Part shown: positions 61,108-64,000 of the stretch, one piece after another
Position numbering within the stretch: the first letter of the stretch is position 1
Layout of the letters: every line of letters begins with the position of its first letter
Assembly: GCF_006345805.1 (NCBI RefSeq)
Contig: NC_043009.1
Coordinates: forward strand, 23,002,001-23,066,000
Length of the DNA: 64,000 nucleotides
Direction: 5' to 3'
Origin: Octopus sinensis
Lineage: Eukaryota
The notes under the pieces: generated by a model
Told to the model about the DNA's origin: nothing
What the model saw: the letters and a program-made list of their open reading frames with translations, nothing else
Databases searched by the model: none
Translations under genes and position numbers: made by a program

Positions 61108-64000
61108 ATGGTCAAGATTGGTTATGTGAATGCGCGTGGCTTGGGGTCTCCTTGGAAACAAGGATACCTCCTAAATGACATCAAGTCACACGATTTGGGA
61201 ATCATAGCCATAAGTGAGACCAGACTCCACGAGCCACGGGCCCTAAAGTCCATGTTTGGCGGACAGTTTAACATTTATTTTGCTCCCTGTCTGCCGAGGA
61301 TGGGCGGTAGTGGCACCACGGTACTTTTTCACAAGAGCCTGGATTTCGAAGTCAAGACGATATTCATAGACCCGGAGGGTAGACTGGTCGTTCTGGATGT
61401 CGACGGCAGCAATGGGTGCGCTTTTCGACTCGTATCAGTCTACGCACCGCCTTTAACTGGTCGGCCGGATTTCTTTCGACGTCTAGAAGTATTTCTGGGA
61501 ACGTCTCGTCCTTTACTTTTAGTGGGGGATTGGAATGCTACCTTGGACACGCATCTAGACTATGTGGGGAGAGACAAAAACAGAAGGGGATGCAAATGCC
61601 TCAGAGACCTGCTCAGACGATTCCAACTGTCTGACAGGTACCGACTCGACTCGTAGATAGAAATAGAGTAGAGGGTGAGTTAGTTAAGAAGTTAGAAGAG
61701 GCAATAAGAAGCGGCATCACACCCGACGTTTTGGCAGCAAGGTTGGCCCTTGACCAACACTTCAACGCCAAACACGAAGGGTGTGCTGTCAGGGCTAGGA
61801 TGCGGGCTCTAAGGATGGAAGGTGTTGGAGCCGCGAGGGAGGCCCGGGTGGCGGAGGCGCAGCAGGGCAACAAAGCCACCATTCGGTCTCTGGTAGATGA
61901 ACAAGGGCGCGAATTGCTCGAGCCCAGCAAGATGTGCGAGACATTTCAGCGGCACTTTGCCCGACTGTAAGGGACGAGTGGTGAGCGTGAACGCAGGGTG
62001 GACTTCAGTGCCTACCTGCACAGCCTACCACGACTCTCGGCAAGAGAGGCAGAGTGCTGCGAAGGTGCCATCACGGCGGCGGATGTGCGGGACGCGATGG
62101 CAGAATGCTCGAGAGACAAATCGCCGGGTTTGGATGGTCTGTCCTACGAGTTTAACAATTGTATGCCAGACTTGTTTGGAGACGTCTTGGCAGCGGTATA
62201 CTGCAACTGGCAGCAAAACGGGAGCATACCCGGTTTTGTGAGTCGAGGAGCTGTGACACTGCTGAAGAAAGATCCAAACAAGGGGAACATTATAGATAAC
62301 TTTAGACCAATCACTCTGCTCAATGCAGACCTGAAAATTTTGACAAAGGTGTTAGCCAAGAGGTTGGCGCTTGTCATCGAGAAACTGGTCGACAACGCAC
62401 AAACGTGCGCCGTACAGGGCCGGAGCATCCATGACAACCTCCATCTGATGCGCTACATCATAGACAGGGTAGTTAACGAACCTGGCATGGGTGGGGCCCT
62501 GATCAACTTGGATCAATCGAAAGCCTTCGATAGGGTAGACCATCGATACTTGGAGGCAGTCCTGAGAGCGGCTGGTTTCGGTCCCGTCTTCCGCGGCTGC
62601 TGCCTTGTACAGAGGCATCCGTTCGGTAATTCGCGTAAATGGACATCTATCGAGACCTTTCGACATTGCACGTTCGGTCCGTCAGGGATGTCCCCTCTCG
62701 GCGCTTCTATACGTATTGACTCTTGAGCCACTACTGCGGAAGCTGGCGACTCTGAGGGGCATCCCGCGAGAATTGGGATGCGGGACGAGCGTGTCTGCAT
62801 ACGCGGACGACGTCACCGTCATACTGTCAAGCCACGAGCACATCGAGCAGGTCGGCGAGACACTGAAAGACTACGAAGCGGTGACAGGAGCAAAAATCAA
62901 CCGGGAAAAGTCAGTGGGCTTGCGGCTCGGCACCTGGAAAAGCAAGCCCATGCCGTCCACCAGTACCTCCGTCGTGGGACGCTGGACAGACGGCCCGGTT
63001 GAGTTGCTCGGGGTCTGGTTCGGTCCGGACCTCCAAATGGAGAAGAACTGGAACGAGATAACGAGTAGGGTGGTCACTCTCGCCCAGAAATGGGCCGAGA
63101 GGAAACTGTCCCTAAAAGGTCGGGCGGAGGTGGCGAACACGTACATCGCGTCCATCATCTACTACCGCCTGACTGTCATACCTTGTCCCGACCCTACCAT
63201 CACCAAACTAGAACGCATTCTCTTCCGTTTCCTGTGGAAAGGATGTGTCCCGATGGTCAGGCGATCCATTTGCTGTCAACACACGTTAAAAGGAGGGCTG
63301 GGCATGCCGTGGTTGATGATGCGCAGACACGCGCTGAGACTGCGACATCTCCGGCTCTATGTAGACGACGGTGAACAGGTGTGGTCGCCGTTTGTGAGGC
63401 ACGCATTCCCGCAACTCGTCTCCATGACCGAACTGCAGTCGTGGATCAAAAAGAGGCCGAGGAAGGGCGAATGGCACCGCGAGTGTCGCGTTGCTCTCAA
63501 GCAACTCTGCCGTCCCGGGTCGACCTTGAGTGACTTCAACACAACCAAAGCATTCTATAGGGGATTAGTGGAGGGGAGGTACGACGACGATCTCGGGGCA
63601 AACCTGGGCGTCGACGAGGAATACCTGACCCGACTGTTTCAAACGACTTTCGGCCCGGGACCTATGGACAACTTCCAGAGATCCCTGGCCTGGCGGTGCT
63701 ACCGAGAAGCGCTACCCGTTCGGGATAAACTCTATAGGCATGGCTCGAGAAACACGGGGCCGACTTGCCCGAGATGCGGTCAGAGCGACGAAACCGCTCT
63801 GCACGCAATCGTGCAGTATCCAGCAATTTCCAACCTGTGGGCTTATGTCGAACGACTGCTGTCACGTGTGGGACGTGTCGGTTTATCAGCCGAGTCTATC
63901 GTTAATATCGTCACGCCTCCTTCCTTCAAACGGGAAGGAAGAGCTATTTTTATCATACTTGTGGCTATGGCGAAAGAATGTATCTGGTTGACGCGCCTGA
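61108..64000 (+). pseudogene. Tx1/L1-clade LINE ORF2 (APE endonuclease, RT, C-terminal zinc finger), disrupted; continues past the window
   Basis: YVNARGL...ISETR, VYAP, GDWNA; KSPGLDG, FRPITLLNADLKIL, LDQSKAFDRV; YADD at 62800-62811; CPRCGQSDETALH. Deletion after the endonuclease and frameshifts. Confidence 0.95.

Overview
AT-rich, repeat-dense eukaryotic genomic DNA. The SINE/RTE families and microsatellite load are typical of an octopus genome (inference). There is one 100-N gap at 23597-23696. Two protein-coding genes point away from each other. (1) The first three coding exons of an ISWI/SMARCA5 chromatin remodeller lie on the minus strand (ATG at 12036); the rest of the gene runs off the left edge. 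(2) A complete five-coding-exon gene on the plus strand (22992-31211, ~612 aa) encodes a strongly divergent DNA primase large subunit (PRIM2/PriL-like). It keeps all four 4Fe-4S cysteines but carries a Cys/His insert and a ~165-aa insertion inside the Fe-S domain, and is probably a second paralogue rather than the replicative orthologue. Everything else is mobile DNA: tRNA-derived SINEs, RTE, CR1/L2, Tx1/L1 and Penelope relics, Chapaev and mariner relics, and piggyBac, pogo, hAT, Merlin and Helitron non-autonomous elements. The most notable non-gene signals are several minimal hammerhead-ribozyme motifs in Penelope-type repeats, and two inverted Merlin elements that interrupt a Tx1 LINE ORF1 and whose inner arms are almost identical while their outer arms are not.
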